NCBI GenBank assembly: GCA_022709525.1
Contig: JAKLIQ010000008.1
Span: 18,917-82,916 of the forward strand
DNA from: Candidatus Omnitrophota bacterium
GTDB lineage: Bacteria > Omnitrophota > Omnitrophia > Omnitrophales > Aquincolibacteriaceae
DNA: 64,000 bases
Direction: 5' to 3'
The notes under the pieces: generated by a model
Seen by the model: only the letters and a program-made list of their open reading frames with translations
Databases searched by the model: none
Told to the model about the DNA's origin: nothing
Shown: positions 1 through 9,801 of the stretch, piece after piece
Layout: every line of letters starts with the position of its first letter
How positions within the stretch are numbered: position 1 is the stretch's first letter
Position numbers and translations under genes: made by a program

Positions 1-43
1 GGCCAAAGCGACGACCGAGAAAAGGAGCGGAAAATGGATCCCG

Positions 44-1768
44 CTAAGCAGCCGGCGCAGCATGAAGATCCTTCCAGGCCTCAAGCATCTGTTTGACAAG
101 CCGGGCGCTTGTGATACCCCCCGAACCTCCATGCTCGACAAATACCACGAAAGCGATCTTCGGGTCCTTGTACGGGAAAAATCCCGTCATCCAGCTGTGG
201 GCTTTTTCGGGCGGGGCTTGCGCGGTCCCCGTCTTGCCGGCCAATTTATCAAAATCGACCCGCGCCAACTGCCCCGTGCCATAGTCGGATTCCACGACCT
301 GTAGCATCGCGCGGCGGATCGCGTTCAGATTGTGCTCCTGTATGGCGACATGCGGGGCTTCGTGCATCATACGCGGGTCGCGAACGACCAGATGCGGCTC
401 CACGACCCTCCCGTTTTTTGCAATGATCGAAGTAAGGCGCAGGATCTCGAACGGTGTGACAAGCATGTATCCTTGCCCGATGGCCATATTCAGTGTTTCG
501 CCTTGATACCACGGCTGTTTGAAGCGCGCCTTTTTCCAGGAAGAGTCCGGGATCAGGCCGGGCGCCATACGCGAGATCTCGAGTTTGAGCGGTTCGCCGA
601 GGCCAAGTTCGTGCGCGTAATGCGCGATCTCATCGGGCGTTAACCGCTTGGCTAGATTCCAAAAATAGACGTTACAGGAGCGCTCGAGGGCCTCGTAAAG
701 ATTAAGACTCCCGTGTCCCTCGTGAAGCCAGCAGCGCGCCACCTTGGCCTTGGGGCTTAATTGGAATGAGCCCTTGCAATAAAACCTTGTTTCAGGCGTG
801 ATCTTTCCAAGATCCAGCGCGGCAAGCGCGGTCACAAGCTTGAAAACAGAACCGGGCGGGTAGGCCGCATTGATCCCGCGATCCAACATGGGAGAACTTG
901 AGTCTTTAAGCACTTGAAGGCGCTGTTCGCTCGTCGCGGGCGAAACGAAGATGTTCGGGTCGTAAGCCGGCGCGCTCGCCATCGCCAGAAGCCCCTCTGT
1001 CTCGAGGTCCAGAACGACGATGCTCGCGTGCTTCCCCTCGATCATTGCCATGATCTTCTTTTGGAATTCCAGATCAAGCGTCAGCGTGATATCGGAACCG
1101 GGTTCGGGCTTTCGGTCCGAGAGGACCTGGACCATCTGGCCGCGCGCGTCCACTTCGATCTGCTGACCGCCGCGCCATCCGCGGAGAAAATCGTCGAATG
1201 CTTTTTCGATCCCCGCGCGGCCGATCTTGGAATTGACGCCAAAACGATCGTGATCCAGAACATCGTATTCGACGCGGTTGACCGTCCCGATATAACCGAT
1301 CACATGCGAGGCGATCTCACCGTAAGGGTAATAACGGATCCCCTCAACCCGGATCGCCACTCCGGGCAGTTCGGGCTTTTTCTCTTCGAGACGAAAGGCG
1401 AGCTCCCGGGGAATATCTTCCTTGATCACGGCGGGAGCGAACGGATATTCGCGGCCCGCGCTCATGCGGCGGCGGACTTCCTTCTCCGGTATGTCGAGAA
1501 GCTTCGCAAGTCGCGGATAGACCTCGGGCGTCACGTCCTCGGGCACGGCGACAACGTTGTAGGACGGGCGATTGGCCGCGAGCAGCCGTTCTTTCTGATC
1601 AAAAACGCGGCCGCGCGGGGCCTCAAGCGGGATCAGGCGAATGCGGTTCCGCTGGCCGAGTTCGCGGAAATAGTGTCCCCGCAGGACCTGGGTATGGAAA
1701 AGCCCGAACCCAAGCAATGCCAGAAGGATGAATACAAACACCTGAAAAAAATGAAATCGCGTGAACAT
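44..1768 (-). CDS. mrdA: Penicillin-binding protein 2, elongasome peptidoglycan transpeptidase
   Basis: 574 aa with an N-terminal TM segment. Transpeptidase motifs SVFK and KTGT are present. Lies directly downstream of mreBCD. Confidence 0.85.
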   Translation of the reverse strand: MFTRFHFFQVFVFILLALLGFGLFHTQVLRGHYFRELGQRNRIRLIPLEAPRGRVFDQKERLLAANRPSYNVVAVPEDVTPEVYPRLAKLLDIPEKEVRRRMSAGREYPFAPAVIKEDIPRELAFRLEEKKPELPGVAIRVEGIRYYPYGEIASHVIGYIGTVNRVEYDVLDHDRFGVNSKIGRAGIEKAFDDFLRGWRGGQQIEVDARGQMVQVLSDRKPEPGSDITLTLDLEFQKKIMAMIEGKHASIVVLDLETEGLLAMASAPAYDPNIFVSPATSEQRLQVLKDSSSPMLDRGINAAYPPGSVFKLVTALAALDLGKITPETRFYCKGSFQLSPKAKVARCWLHEGHGSLNLYEALERSCNVYFWNLAKRLTPDEIAHYAHELGLGEPLKLEISRMAPGLIPDSSWKKARFKQPWYQGETLNMAIGQGYMLVTPFEILRLTSIIAKNGRVVEPHLVVRDPRMMHEAPHVAIQEHNLNAIRRAMLQVVESDYGTGQLARVDFDKLAGKTGTAQAPPEKAHSWMTGFFPYKDPKIAFVVFVEHGGSGGITSARLVKQMLEAWKDLHAAPAA

Positions 1769-2283
1769 TAGCGAAATAACTCGTATTGTTTTCTGGAGGA
1801 CCGTCCGAACCAGCCATTGGTCATAAAATTAAAAAAAGGCAGGAGGGCGCTTGTGTAAAGGGCCGTCATCGCGATCGCCCCCAGATAATTCCAGACGAGC
1901 GAGGCGGGAAGCTCTCCGGCGTATCCCGCCAAAAGCCGCAGGGCGCCCGCGGAAAAAGCGAAAAGGAATGTCATGATAAAATAGATCCCTGGCAGGGCCT
2001 TCTCCATTTTTTGCACCAAAAAATCGAGCGCCAACGCCAGAAGAGTCAGGATCGACGCTTCCACTCCGATCAATCCCCCGCCCAAAAGATCCCGTAAAAG
2101 ACCGGCCCAGAATGCGACAAACAGGGTTTTGGGCGCTCCCCATTCAAAAGCGGCGTAGCAGACAAAAAGATAAAGCAGGCTTGGGTAAACACCATGGATC
2201 TGGAAGACCGGCATCACGGTCCCGTCCAGCACCGCGAGCAGAAAGAAATAAAGGATCACTTTTGCTGAGAAAAGTCGAGGCAT
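1768..2283 (-). CDS. mreD: Rod shape-determining protein MreD
   Basis: 171-aa polytopic hydrophobic protein immediately after mreC, overlapping its end. Position and size match MreD. Confidence 0.6.
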   Translation of the reverse strand: MPRLFSAKVILYFFLLAVLDGTVMPVFQIHGVYPSLLYLFVCYAAFEWGAPKTLFVAFWAGLLRDLLGGGLIGVEASILTLLALALDFLVQKMEKALPGIYFIMTFLFAFSAGALRLLAGYAGELPASLVWNYLGAIAMTALYTSALLPFFNFMTNGWFGRSSRKQYELFR

Positions 2284-3056
2284 AGCACTTCCTCAATCTT
2301 GGAGAATGGAACGGATGGCTTGACGAGCGCGAGCAGATGCAAACCGTCACCGTCGCGCTCGATCGATTCGATCTTTCCGATCTGCAGTCCTTTGGGAAAA
2401 ACACTTCCGATCCCCGAAGTGATCACATCTTCCCCAAGAGCGATCTCGGCGTCGAGCGACAAATAACGCATCTGCAGTTTTTCGGTGCCGATGCCGGCGA
2501 TGATCCCTTGGGCGCGGCTTGCGGACGTCAGGGCGCTTACCCGGCAATCAGGATCGGGCAGGAGAATGGCGCGAGAAGTGTAGGGTTCGACCTCGAGGAT
2601 CCTCCCCACCAACCCTTCCGGCACCACGACCACCATGTCTTTTTTCAAGTTATGGCGGCTCCCTTTATCCAGTACTACCACTTTTTTCCACGGCGTCAGG
2701 TCCTCGCCGATCACGCGCGCCCCGACTGTGCGCGCTCCGAGCGGCTTGCTGAAATTAAGAAGCCGTTTCAGCCGGGCATTCTCCCGCTCCATGTCATCGT
2801 AGTGGATCAGCTGGGTCTCAAGTTCCTGGATGCGCGCGCGGTATTCTTTCTGTTTGCTGACGGCGTTGAAAAAACCGGCGGATTCGTAGCGAAGGGCGTA
2901 AAACCCCTGGCGGAGGCCGCTCGCGATCACGAACGCGGGCCGCGCGAGCGTATAAAAAAAGGCGTGGATGGCTTCGTTGAAACGGGGGTATTGAAAGAAA
3001 AGGACGAGCGCGAGGACGGGAACCGCAAGAAAATAATAAGAACGCCAGCGCCGCAT
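2256..3056 (-). CDS. mreC: Rod shape-determining protein MreC
   Basis: 266 aa with N-terminal TM, a coiled-coil segment and a C-terminal beta domain. Located between mreB and mreD. Confidence 0.8.
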   Translation of the reverse strand: MRRWRSYYFLAVPVLALVLFFQYPRFNEAIHAFFYTLARPAFVIASGLRQGFYALRYESAGFFNAVSKQKEYRARIQELETQLIHYDDMERENARLKRLLNFSKPLGARTVGARVIGEDLTPWKKVVVLDKGSRHNLKKDMVVVVPEGLVGRILEVEPYTSRAILLPDPDCRVSALTSASRAQGIIAGIGTEKLQMRYLSLDAEIALGEDVITSGIGSVFPKGLQIGKIESIERDGDGLHLLALVKPSVPFSKIEEVLCLDFSQQK

Positions 3057-3144
3057 GAGGGCAAAATCTCCGATACGCGATAAAAAGGGCTTAAAACATC
3101 ATCCTTATTCGCAGGAGACCGCTTGTGGAAGGGCTCGAAAAATC

Positions 3145-4197
3145 CTAGTATTCCCGGGCGGTATTGCTATTCACCGATAAACGCTTCAAAAGATGGAAGT
3201 CGCTTAAATAACGTCCCGTGCCAAGCGCCACTGCGGTGAGAGGATCATCGGCGATATGAACGGGAAGCCCCGTTTCCTCGCTGATCAGCTTGTCAAAACC
3301 TCTTAAAAGCGATCCTCCCCCTGCCAAGATCAAACCTCTGTCGATCAGATCGGCCGACAGCTCCGGCGGTGTCCGTTCGAGAGCGATCCGGACGGCTTCG
3401 AGGATCGCGGATAGCGGCTCGGAAAGGGCCTCGCGGATCTCTTCGCTGGTCACGCTGATCGTCTTGGGAAGTCCTGCCAGGACATCGCGCCCCTTGACGT
3501 CCAAAGTGGTTTCTTCCTCGAGAGGATACGCCGAACCGATGCGGATCTTGATCTCTTCGGCCGTGCGCTCCCCGATCATCAAATTATAGGCCTTTTTAAG
3601 GTGAGAAATGATCGCCTCATCGAATTCGTCGCCGCCGATACGGATGCTTTTCGCGAAAACGATCCCTGAGAGGGAGATCACGGCGATCTCGGTCGTGCCG
3701 CCGCCGATATCGATGATCATGTTCCCGGCCGGCTCATGGATCGGCAAACCGACGCCGATCGCGGCCGCGATCGGTTCTTCCACAAGGTAGACCGGCGTGC
3801 GGGCCCCGGCCCGTTCCGCCGAATCTTTCACGGCGCGTTTTTCAACTTCGGTGATCCCGCTCGGGACCGCGATCACGACGCGCGGGCTGATCCCTGTCTT
3901 GCGGCGATGGACTTTCCGGATGAAATAGCGGAGCATGGCTTCGGTGATATCAAAATCCGCGATGACACCGTCCTTCATGGGGCGGATCGCGGTAATGTTG
4001 CCGGGCGTGCGACCGAGCATGCGTTTGGCTTCTTCGCCCACCGCAAGGACCTGGTGAGTCGAACGATCGATCGCCACGACGGAGGGTTCGCACAACACAA
4101 CGCCTTGGCCTTTGACGTAAACGAGGGTATTGGCGGTTCCGAGGTCTATTCCGATATCACTTGAAAAGAATCCTAACAAACGATCGATCAGAAACAT
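3145..4197 (-). CDS. mreB: Rod shape-determining actin homologue MreB
   Basis: Actin-fold motifs [14 protein letters not shown] and [11 protein letters not shown]. The track ORF (391 aa) is over-extended; an ATG at about 4195-4197 ([11 protein letters not shown]...) gives a typical ~350-aa MreB. Confidence 0.9.
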   Translation of the reverse strand: MFLIDRLLGFFSSDIGIDLGTANTLVYVKGQGVVLCEPSVVAIDRSTHQVLAVGEEAKRMLGRTPGNITAIRPMKDGVIADFDITEAMLRYFIRKVHRRKTGISPRVVIAVPSGITEVEKRAVKDSAERAGARTPVYLVEEPIAAAIGVGLPIHEPAGNMIIDIGGGTTEIAVISLSGIVFAKSIRIGGDEFDEAIISHLKKAYNLMIGERTAEEIKIRIGSAYPLEEETTLDVKGRDVLAGLPKTISVTSEEIREALSEPLSAILEAVRIALERTPPELSADLIDRGLILAGGGSLLRGFDKLISEETGLPVHIADDPLTAVALGTGRYLSDFHLLKRLSVNSNTAREY

Positions 4198-4329
4198 AAG
4201 CTCTGCCTCTTCGTATCTGGTGTGTGGGCTGGCACTTAAGGAAGCCGTAGTATATCGAAAGCCATTTTCACTGTCAAACCAAAACAAGCTTGCATTTTCA
4301 GCCCTTGAACTCACTGCCAAGCTCAGGGC

Positions 4330-5628
4330 CTAGCGGTTAAAAAGCATCTGGAAATGCTCCATGAAGGCGGGATAAGAGGTCGCGATGCAATCTGTATCCC
4401 GAACCGTGATAACCCCTTCGGTGGCGAGACTGGCCACGCCCATGCTCATGGCGGTACGGTGATCGCCAAAACTTTCGACGGTCGCTCCGTGCAATGTTTC
4501 CACTCCCCGGATGAGCGAACCGTCAGGAAGCTCCTCGATCGACGCCCCCAGAGCTCTCAAATTACCGACCATGGATTTAATGCGGTCCGTTTCCTTGACA
4601 CGCAGTTCGGCCGCGCCGGAAACAAGGCTTTCGCCTTCGGCAAGCGCCATCGCGACCATGAGAACCGGAAGCTCGTCAATAAGCGACGGGATCTCGGCGC
4701 GGGTAATCCCCGTGCCTTTCAGTTTCGCGCCGCGGATCCGGATATTCCCCATGGGCTCGGGCACCGTTTGCGTGATCTCCGTTTCGATCCCGGCGCCCAT
4801 GCGTTTTAAAACTTCGAGGATCCCGGTTCGCGTCGGGTTCAATCCGACATCTCGGATCGTCACTTCCGAACCCGGGATCATGGCCGCGCCCGTAATAAAA
4901 AACGCGGCGGATGAAATATCCCCGGCGATACGGGCCCTGAGCGGCAGAAGCATTTCGGTCGGCTCGATGATGAGATGATGGGCGACTTTTTGGAAGCGCG
5001 CGCCGGTCGCCTCGAGGAATCTTTCCGTATGGTCCCGCGATGGAACGGCCTCGCGGACGATCGTGCGCCCTTCGGCGTACATGCCCGCAAAAAGGAGGGC
5101 GGACTTGACCTGCGCGCTTGATAATTTATTGTCAAAATCGATCCCGCGCAGTTTTCCTCCGCGGATCGTCAGGGGCGCGAAATTACCGTTTTCCCTGCCT
5201 TTGATCTGGGCGCCCATCTTTTTGAGCGGTTCGGTCACGCGGCGCATCGGCCGCGACGAAAGCGAAGGGTCTCCGGTCAGGACCGTTTCAAAGCGTTGTC
5301 CCGCCGAGATCCCCAAAAGAAGCCGCATCGAAGTTCCGGAGTTGCCGAGATACAGTTCTTTTTTAGGCGCTGAAAGCTTGCGCAGGCCTTTGCCGAATAT
5401 CCGGACTTTTCCCGTGCCTTTTGCATGATGGATCTCGACCCCCATCTGCCGCATCGCGTCGAGCGTATGAAGACAGTCTTCGGCCTCAAGAAAATTTTCG
5501 TAAGCGCTTTCGCCTTCGGCTAACGAACCGAAAAGCACCGCGCGGTGGGAGATCGATTTATCGCCGGGAGGAGTGCAGACCCCGCAAAATTTCCCGGGGC
5601 CCTGAAAGGAAAGCGTTGCCATGGACAA
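4330..5628 (-). CDS. aroA: 3-phosphoshikimate 1-carboxyvinyltransferase (EPSP synthase)
   Basis: 432 aa. N-terminal motif PPGDKSISHRAVLFGSLAEGES matches the AroA/EPSP synthase family signature. Length also fits AroA. Confidence 0.8.
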   Translation of the reverse strand: MSMATLSFQGPGKFCGVCTPPGDKSISHRAVLFGSLAEGESAYENFLEAEDCLHTLDAMRQMGVEIHHAKGTGKVRIFGKGLRKLSAPKKELYLGNSGTSMRLLLGISAGQRFETVLTGDPSLSSRPMRRVTEPLKKMGAQIKGRENGNFAPLTIRGGKLRGIDFDNKLSSAQVKSALLFAGMYAEGRTIVREAVPSRDHTERFLEATGARFQKVAHHLIIEPTEMLLPLRARIAGDISSAAFFITGAAMIPGSEVTIRDVGLNPTRTGILEVLKRMGAGIETEITQTVPEPMGNIRIRGAKLKGTGITRAEIPSLIDELPVLMVAMALAEGESLVSGAAELRVKETDRIKSMVGNLRALGASIEELPDGSLIRGVETLHGATVESFGDHRTAMSMGVASLATEGVITVRDTDCIATSYPAFMEHFQMLFNR

Positions 5629-5629
5629 G

Positions 5630-5875
5630 CTATTTTCGGCGGACCCAAACGCGCAACTGGTCTAATTTCTCGATGATTTCAGCGTCCTTGGCCGCCACTT
5701 CTTGCTGTTGTTTTTCGATATTGGCGAGGCTCGTTTTGACCTCTTCGAACTCGGCAAGAAACTGGTCCGTCCAAGGTTTTTCTTCGGCAAAGCTCTGGCC
5801 CGCGAAGGGCATCAAAAAGAATACCGCAAGCGCACAAAGCGAACGTCGGACGATTTTTCTGTTCATATCAGTCAC
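5630..5875 (-). CDS. Small secreted protein, paralogue 1 (signal peptide plus about 55-aa helical mature part)
   Basis: 81 aa with an N-terminal signal peptide. Mature region EEKPWTDQFLAEFEEVKTSLANIEKQQQEV... is about 60% identical to the adjacent ORF 5868..6110. Confidence 0.5.
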   Translation of the reverse strand: MTDMNRKIVRRSLCALAVFFLMPFAGQSFAEEKPWTDQFLAEFEEVKTSLANIEKQQQEVAAKDAEIIEKLDQLRVWVRRK

Positions 5876-6110
5876 CGCTGTGGCGGGCCCAGATGCGGAC
5901 CCGATCGATCTCTTGGATGATCTCTTCTTTTTCCGCGAGAATATCGCGCTGGGTTTGCTCGATGATCGCGAGCCGCGTTTTGAGCCCGTTAAATTCGCTC
6001 AGGAATTGATCGGTCCAGGGTTTTTCTTCGGCAACAAGCGCCGGGGCGGCGGGAAACGCCAAAAATACCAGAAGTGCGAAAGCGGAAAGTTTAAGCCCCG
6101 CGGATCTCAT
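5868..6110 (-). CDS. Small secreted protein, paralogue 2
   Basis: 80 aa with a signal peptide and an EEKPWTDQFLSEFNGLKTRLAIIEQ... mature region. Tandem duplicate of 5630..5875. Confidence 0.5.
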   Translation of the reverse strand: MRSAGLKLSAFALLVFLAFPAAPALVAEEKPWTDQFLSEFNGLKTRLAIIEQTQRDILAEKEEIIQEIDRVRIWARHSGD

Positions 6111-6993
6111 CGCCTTCTACGACCTGCTGCTTCGGATCTTCTTCGAGGATGGTCGCCGCGGAAAATTTATCATAAAGTTTTTCGACCTGGATCGTCGCGC
6201 TTTCCTGGCCCTGCTTGAGGACCTTCAGCTTATCCCCCATCTTAAGCCCGTCCTGAAGTCCTTGATTGATCACCACAAAATTGAATTTGCGGTTCACGGT
6301 AAGGACTTTCGCGCTTACGGCCGCGCCTGATACCGAAGAGGTTGATCCGGTTTGAGGGATTTCTTTCACGGATTCGGATCCCGCCGGAACTTCCACGGCG
6401 GTCTTGGCCGCCGGCGGCGCGCCCGTATCGGAAGATGTTGAGGGAATGACCGAAGACGCGGTGGAAGGTTTGTAAGCAACAGAAACGGTTGCCCCGCTCG
6501 GGCTTACGGGTTTGAACGTAAGCTGCGTTGTGGGTGTCCCTGAAGCGGGCGTTGAATCGCCGAAGGGTTTGGGCGCTGAGAGAATATCGGTTTGGAGGTC
6601 TTGCGGGGTCACACCGCAAGCAGCCTGCGCTTCTTTGGCTTTCCTGGCAAGATCGGCAACTTGTTTCTGAAGATCAGCGATCATCCCTTGATGGGTTTTG
6701 AGCTGTTTTTCGAGGGTAGCTTTTTCGCTATCGATCCGGCTTTGTTCCGACTGGAGCCTTTCAAGCTGCGACTGCATCGCTTCGGCTTTGGAGCGGTATT
6801 CCTCGCTCTTGGCCTTCAGCTGCTCTTTTTCCGACTGGATCGTGATCATTTTTTCTTTGACCTGGTCGTATTTCGCTTCAACGCTTCCGCGGACAGTGCG
6901 TTCCTCGACCCATCCCTGGTACAAATAGTAAGAGCCGCCCGCGGCGGCGACGGAAAGGAGAAAAGCAAAAACGATGACAAGTTTAGAACCCAT
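6091..6993 (-). CDS. Membrane-anchored coiled-coil protein with Ser/Thr/Pro-rich linker and C-terminal beta domain
   Basis: 300 aa. N-terminal TM, about 110 aa of coiled coil, an S/T/P-rich low-complexity linker and a conserved-looking 70-aa C-terminal domain. The architecture is RodZ-like but it lacks an HTH. Confidence 0.5.
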   Translation of the reverse strand: MGSKLVIVFAFLLSVAAAGGSYYLYQGWVEERTVRGSVEAKYDQVKEKMITIQSEKEQLKAKSEEYRSKAEAMQSQLERLQSEQSRIDSEKATLEKQLKTHQGMIADLQKQVADLARKAKEAQAACGVTPQDLQTDILSAPKPFGDSTPASGTPTTQLTFKPVSPSGATVSVAYKPSTASSVIPSTSSDTGAPPAAKTAVEVPAGSESVKEIPQTGSTSSVSGAAVSAKVLTVNRKFNFVVINQGLQDGLKMGDKLKVLKQGQESATIQVEKLYDKFSAATILEEDPKQQVVEGDEIRGA

Positions 6994-7212
6994 AAAATCC
7001 CTCTCCCTTTTTAATCTTTTGACACAACAAAACTATCAGTCCTGAAGCGCGGCAGAAGCAGATCATAAAAAAAATAAAGACGCTGGACGAAAAAACTCAG
7101 GCAGGAGAGGTTCCGGAGCTTCGTTTCCGGAACCTCTCCGTCCATCCGACGTTACATGAACCCGCTCCGCCGCCTCATGGCTTTGGCGCGGGCAATGAAA
7201 AACGAAAGAGGC

Positions 7213-7467
7213 CTAAGAAAGGTGTTTGCTGACGAGTTTGGTCATCTCGAACATATTGACGACCGATTTCCCGCCGAACACAGCTTTCAGCGTGCCATCC
7301 GCATTGATGTTGCGCTTATTGGCCTGATCCTGAAGCTTGTTCTTCTTGATGTATTCCCAAAGTTTTTTCACGACTTCACTGCGAGGCATCGGACCTTTTC
7401 CGACCACTGCCGCAAGTTCCGCGCTCACACTCATCGGTTTCATAAACGCTGCGTTCGCTTTTGCCAT
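7213..7467 (-). CDS. SWIB/MDM2-domain protein
   Basis: 84 aa. The sequence LAAVVGKGPMPRSEVVKKLWEYIKKNKLQDQANKRNINADGTLKAVFG...MFEMTKLVSKHL matches the SWIB/MDM2 domain consensus. Confidence 0.75.
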   Translation of the reverse strand: MAKANAAFMKPMSVSAELAAVVGKGPMPRSEVVKKLWEYIKKNKLQDQANKRNINADGTLKAVFGGKSVVNMFEMTKLVSKHLS

Positions 7468-7615
7468 AATGCTCTCTCCTTTTAGTTTGAACCGAGTTCT
7501 CGCATCCGATGCACTGGACCCGCGTCCACGGCCTTTGCTGGGTTAGTATCATACAATACAGTTTCAAAGACGACAATAAAGGTTTTCTTGCTTTACCATC
7601 GGCCCTGTTAAAGCA

Positions 7616-8074
7616 TTACTTCGGCTTCGCCAGCAGAAACTTCAGTTCTTTCATAAAATGACCCACGTCCTGAAAATCGCGGTACACGCTGGCAAAGCGG
7701 ACATAAGCCACTTGGTCGACCTTCGCAAGGCGCTGCATAATGAATTCGCCGATAATGCGGGACGGGACCTCGCGGTCATATTTTTCCCGCATCGTCGCTT
7801 CAAGATCGTCGGCGACCTTCTCCTGGGCCGCAAGAGGCACCGGGCGCTTTTCGCAGGCCTTATAAACACCGGCGAGGACTTTTGCGCGCTCATAAGCCTC
7901 GCGCCGCTGGTCTTTTTTGACCACGAACATCGGGATCTCCTCGACGCGTTCATAGGTGGTGAACCGTTTGTTGCAGGCGGTGCACTCTCGCCGGCGGCGC
8001 ACCACTTCCCCTTCGTTCGCGGCCCGCGAATCGATCACTTTATCGGAATCCTGTTTGCAATAAGGACAGCGCAT
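7616..8074 (-). CDS. nrdR: Transcriptional repressor NrdR
   Basis: MRCPYCKQDSDKVIDSRAANEGEVVRRRRECTACNKRFTTYE zinc ribbon followed by an ATP-cone domain. 152 aa. Confidence 0.9.
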   Translation of the reverse strand: MRCPYCKQDSDKVIDSRAANEGEVVRRRRECTACNKRFTTYERVEEIPMFVVKKDQRREAYERAKVLAGVYKACEKRPVPLAAQEKVADDLEATMREKYDREVPSRIIGEFIMQRLAKVDQVAYVRFASVYRDFQDVGHFMKELKFLLAKPK

Positions 8075-8086
8075 AAGACCTTTCTT

Positions 8087-9382
8087 TTACTGAAGCTCCG
8101 GATAAAGCGGAAATTTTTCCGTCAAGGCCTCGACGCGGGAAAGGACTGCGGCGAGGTTATCCTCTTTTTCCGGGGCCTGAAGCGTCTGGTCGATCAACTC
8201 CGCGATCAATTCCATTTCTTTTTCTTTCATGCCGCGCGTCGTGACCGCCGGCGTTCCCAACCGGACGCCGGAACCCTTGAAAGGTGATTCCTTGTCGAAC
8301 GGGATCATATTCTTATTGACCGTGATCTTTACTTTATCCAGAAGTTCCTGAACCTGTTTTCCGTTAAAACCTTTGACGGTCACATCGACAAGCATGAGAT
8401 GATTGTCTGTTCCCCCGGAGACGATCCTCCAACCGCGCGACGCCATTGCGGCCGCAAGCGCTTGGGCGTTCTTGACAATCTGGCCGCTATACGCTTTAAA
8501 TTCGGGACTAAGCGCTTCCTTGAGCGCGACGGCCTTCGCTGCGATCACATGCATCAGCGGGCCACCCTGGATGCCGGGAAATACGGCCGTATCGATGGCC
8601 TTTGCGTATTTTTCCTTACAAAGAATCAAACCGGCGCGCGGACCGCGAAGCGTCTTATGCGTGGTCGTGGTCACGATGTCGGCATAGGGCACGGGACTCG
8701 GATGGTGCCCGGTCGCAACAAGTCCCGCGAAATGGGCCATATCCACCATAAGGAGCGCGCCCACCTGATCGGCGATTTTCCGGCCGCGCTCAAAATCAAT
8801 GACCCGGGGATAAGCTGAAGCGCCGAGCAGGATCATCTTGGGTTTGTGTTCTAGGGCGAGTTTTTCGAGCTGGTCATAATCGATCCGCTCATCCTTGGGG
8901 CTTACCCCATAAGGGATGATCTCGTAGAACTTGCCCGAAAAGTTCATCTTGTGGCCGTGGGAAAGATGGCCGCCGTGCGTCAAGTCCATTCCGAGGATCT
9001 TATCGCCCGGTGACAAAAGAGCCATAAAGACCGCGATATTGGCCGAGGTGCCGCTATGCGGTTGGACATTCGCGTGTTCGGCCCCGAAAAGCTGTTTGGC
9101 GCGGTCGATCGCGAGTTGCTCGACCACATCGACGTTCTCGCAGCCGCCGTACCAACGCTTGGCCGGGTACCCTTCGGCGTATTTATTGGTGAGGACCGAA
9201 CCCATCGCTTCCAGCACCGGGATCGAGGTGAAATTCTCGCTTGCGATCAATTCGATATTCTCGTTCTGACGTTTGACTTCGGCGCGAATGGCCCGGTAAA
9301 TATCCGGGTCGCTTTTTTTCAGGAATGTTTGATCAACGGTGCTTCTGCTCGTAAGCCCTAATTTTGTTAACACGGACTTCAT
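8087..9382 (-). CDS. glyA: Serine hydroxymethyltransferase
   Basis: IELIASENF and the PLP-region motif HGGHLSHG. The track ORF is over-extended at the N-terminus; the start is likely near MKSVLTK (approximate). Confidence 0.9.
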   Translation of the reverse strand: MKSVLTKLGLTSRSTVDQTFLKKSDPDIYRAIRAEVKRQNENIELIASENFTSIPVLEAMGSVLTNKYAEGYPAKRWYGGCENVDVVEQLAIDRAKQLFGAEHANVQPHSGTSANIAVFMALLSPGDKILGMDLTHGGHLSHGHKMNFSGKFYEIIPYGVSPKDERIDYDQLEKLALEHKPKMILLGASAYPRVIDFERGRKIADQVGALLMVDMAHFAGLVATGHHPSPVPYADIVTTTTHKTLRGPRAGLILCKEKYAKAIDTAVFPGIQGGPLMHVIAAKAVALKEALSPEFKAYSGQIVKNAQALAAAMASRGWRIVSGGTDNHLMLVDVTVKGFNGKQVQELLDKVKITVNKNMIPFDKESPFKGSGVRLGTPAVTTRGMKEKEMELIAELIDQTLQAPEKEDNLAAVLSRVEALTEKFPLYPELQ

Positions 9383-9788
9383 GACGTCCCCTTTCAAATG
9401 GTGTATTGAGCCAGGTATCGACCAGAGGAAAAACGATGTCCTGCGGTAAAAATCCCGCGCCAAGGATCAACATATTGGAATCGTTATGACAACGGGAAAG
9501 ACGCGCCTGTTCGATATTCTGACAAAGCGCCGCGCGGATCCCTGCGACCTTATTGGCCGCGATCGCGCTCCCGATGCCCGTATAACAGATCCCGATCGCC
9601 CGGTGGCATTCTTTTTTTGCGACCTTTTCGGCCGCGGCAAAAATGAAATCGGGGTAATCGCAAGATTCGTCGGAGAACGCCCCGCAATCAATGACTTCAA
9701 AGTTCTTTTTCTTAAGATAATCGATCAGCGCGCTCTTAAGCTGCACGCCGCGATGGTCGGTTGCGATCGCGATCTTGGGTTTCACCAT
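9333..9788 (-). CDS. rpiB: Ribose-5-phosphate isomerase B
   Basis: 151 aa. [18 protein letters not shown]...[14 protein letters not shown] is typical RpiB/LacAB. Confidence 0.85.
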   Translation of the reverse strand: MVKPKIAIATDHRGVQLKSALIDYLKKKNFEVIDCGAFSDESCDYPDFIFAAAEKVAKKECHRAIGICYTGIGSAIAANKVAGIRAALCQNIEQARLSRCHNDSNMLILGAGFLPQDIVFPLVDTWLNTPFERGRHEVRVNKIRAYEQKHR

Positions 9789-9801
9789 GGTTTTTCGTCC
9801 T

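Noticed and set aside
914-1771. Long plus-strand ORFs throughout the window (for example 914..1771, 2337..3083, 5421..6218, 15569..16126, 17468..18121, 24681..25328, 32175..32642, 63004..63555)
   Set aside because: Each lies antisense to a minus-strand gene with clear family-level identity. Their translations are low-complexity or Arg/Pro-rich, as expected for spurious ORFs in GC-rich DNA. None has recognisable motifs.
3145-4320. N-terminal extensions on many track ORFs (mreB 391 aa, glyA, purF, trxB, ribD, mlaF and CNNM 490 aa among others), which might suggest fused or novel N-terminal domains
   Set aside because: These are longest-ORF artefacts. The track also uses GTG/TTG starts (for example the parA-like TTG at 41600). 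Conserved N-termini and ATGA/TAATG junctions with upstream stops identify internal starts (mreB ATG ~4197, trxB ATG 50802, purF ATG 15116).
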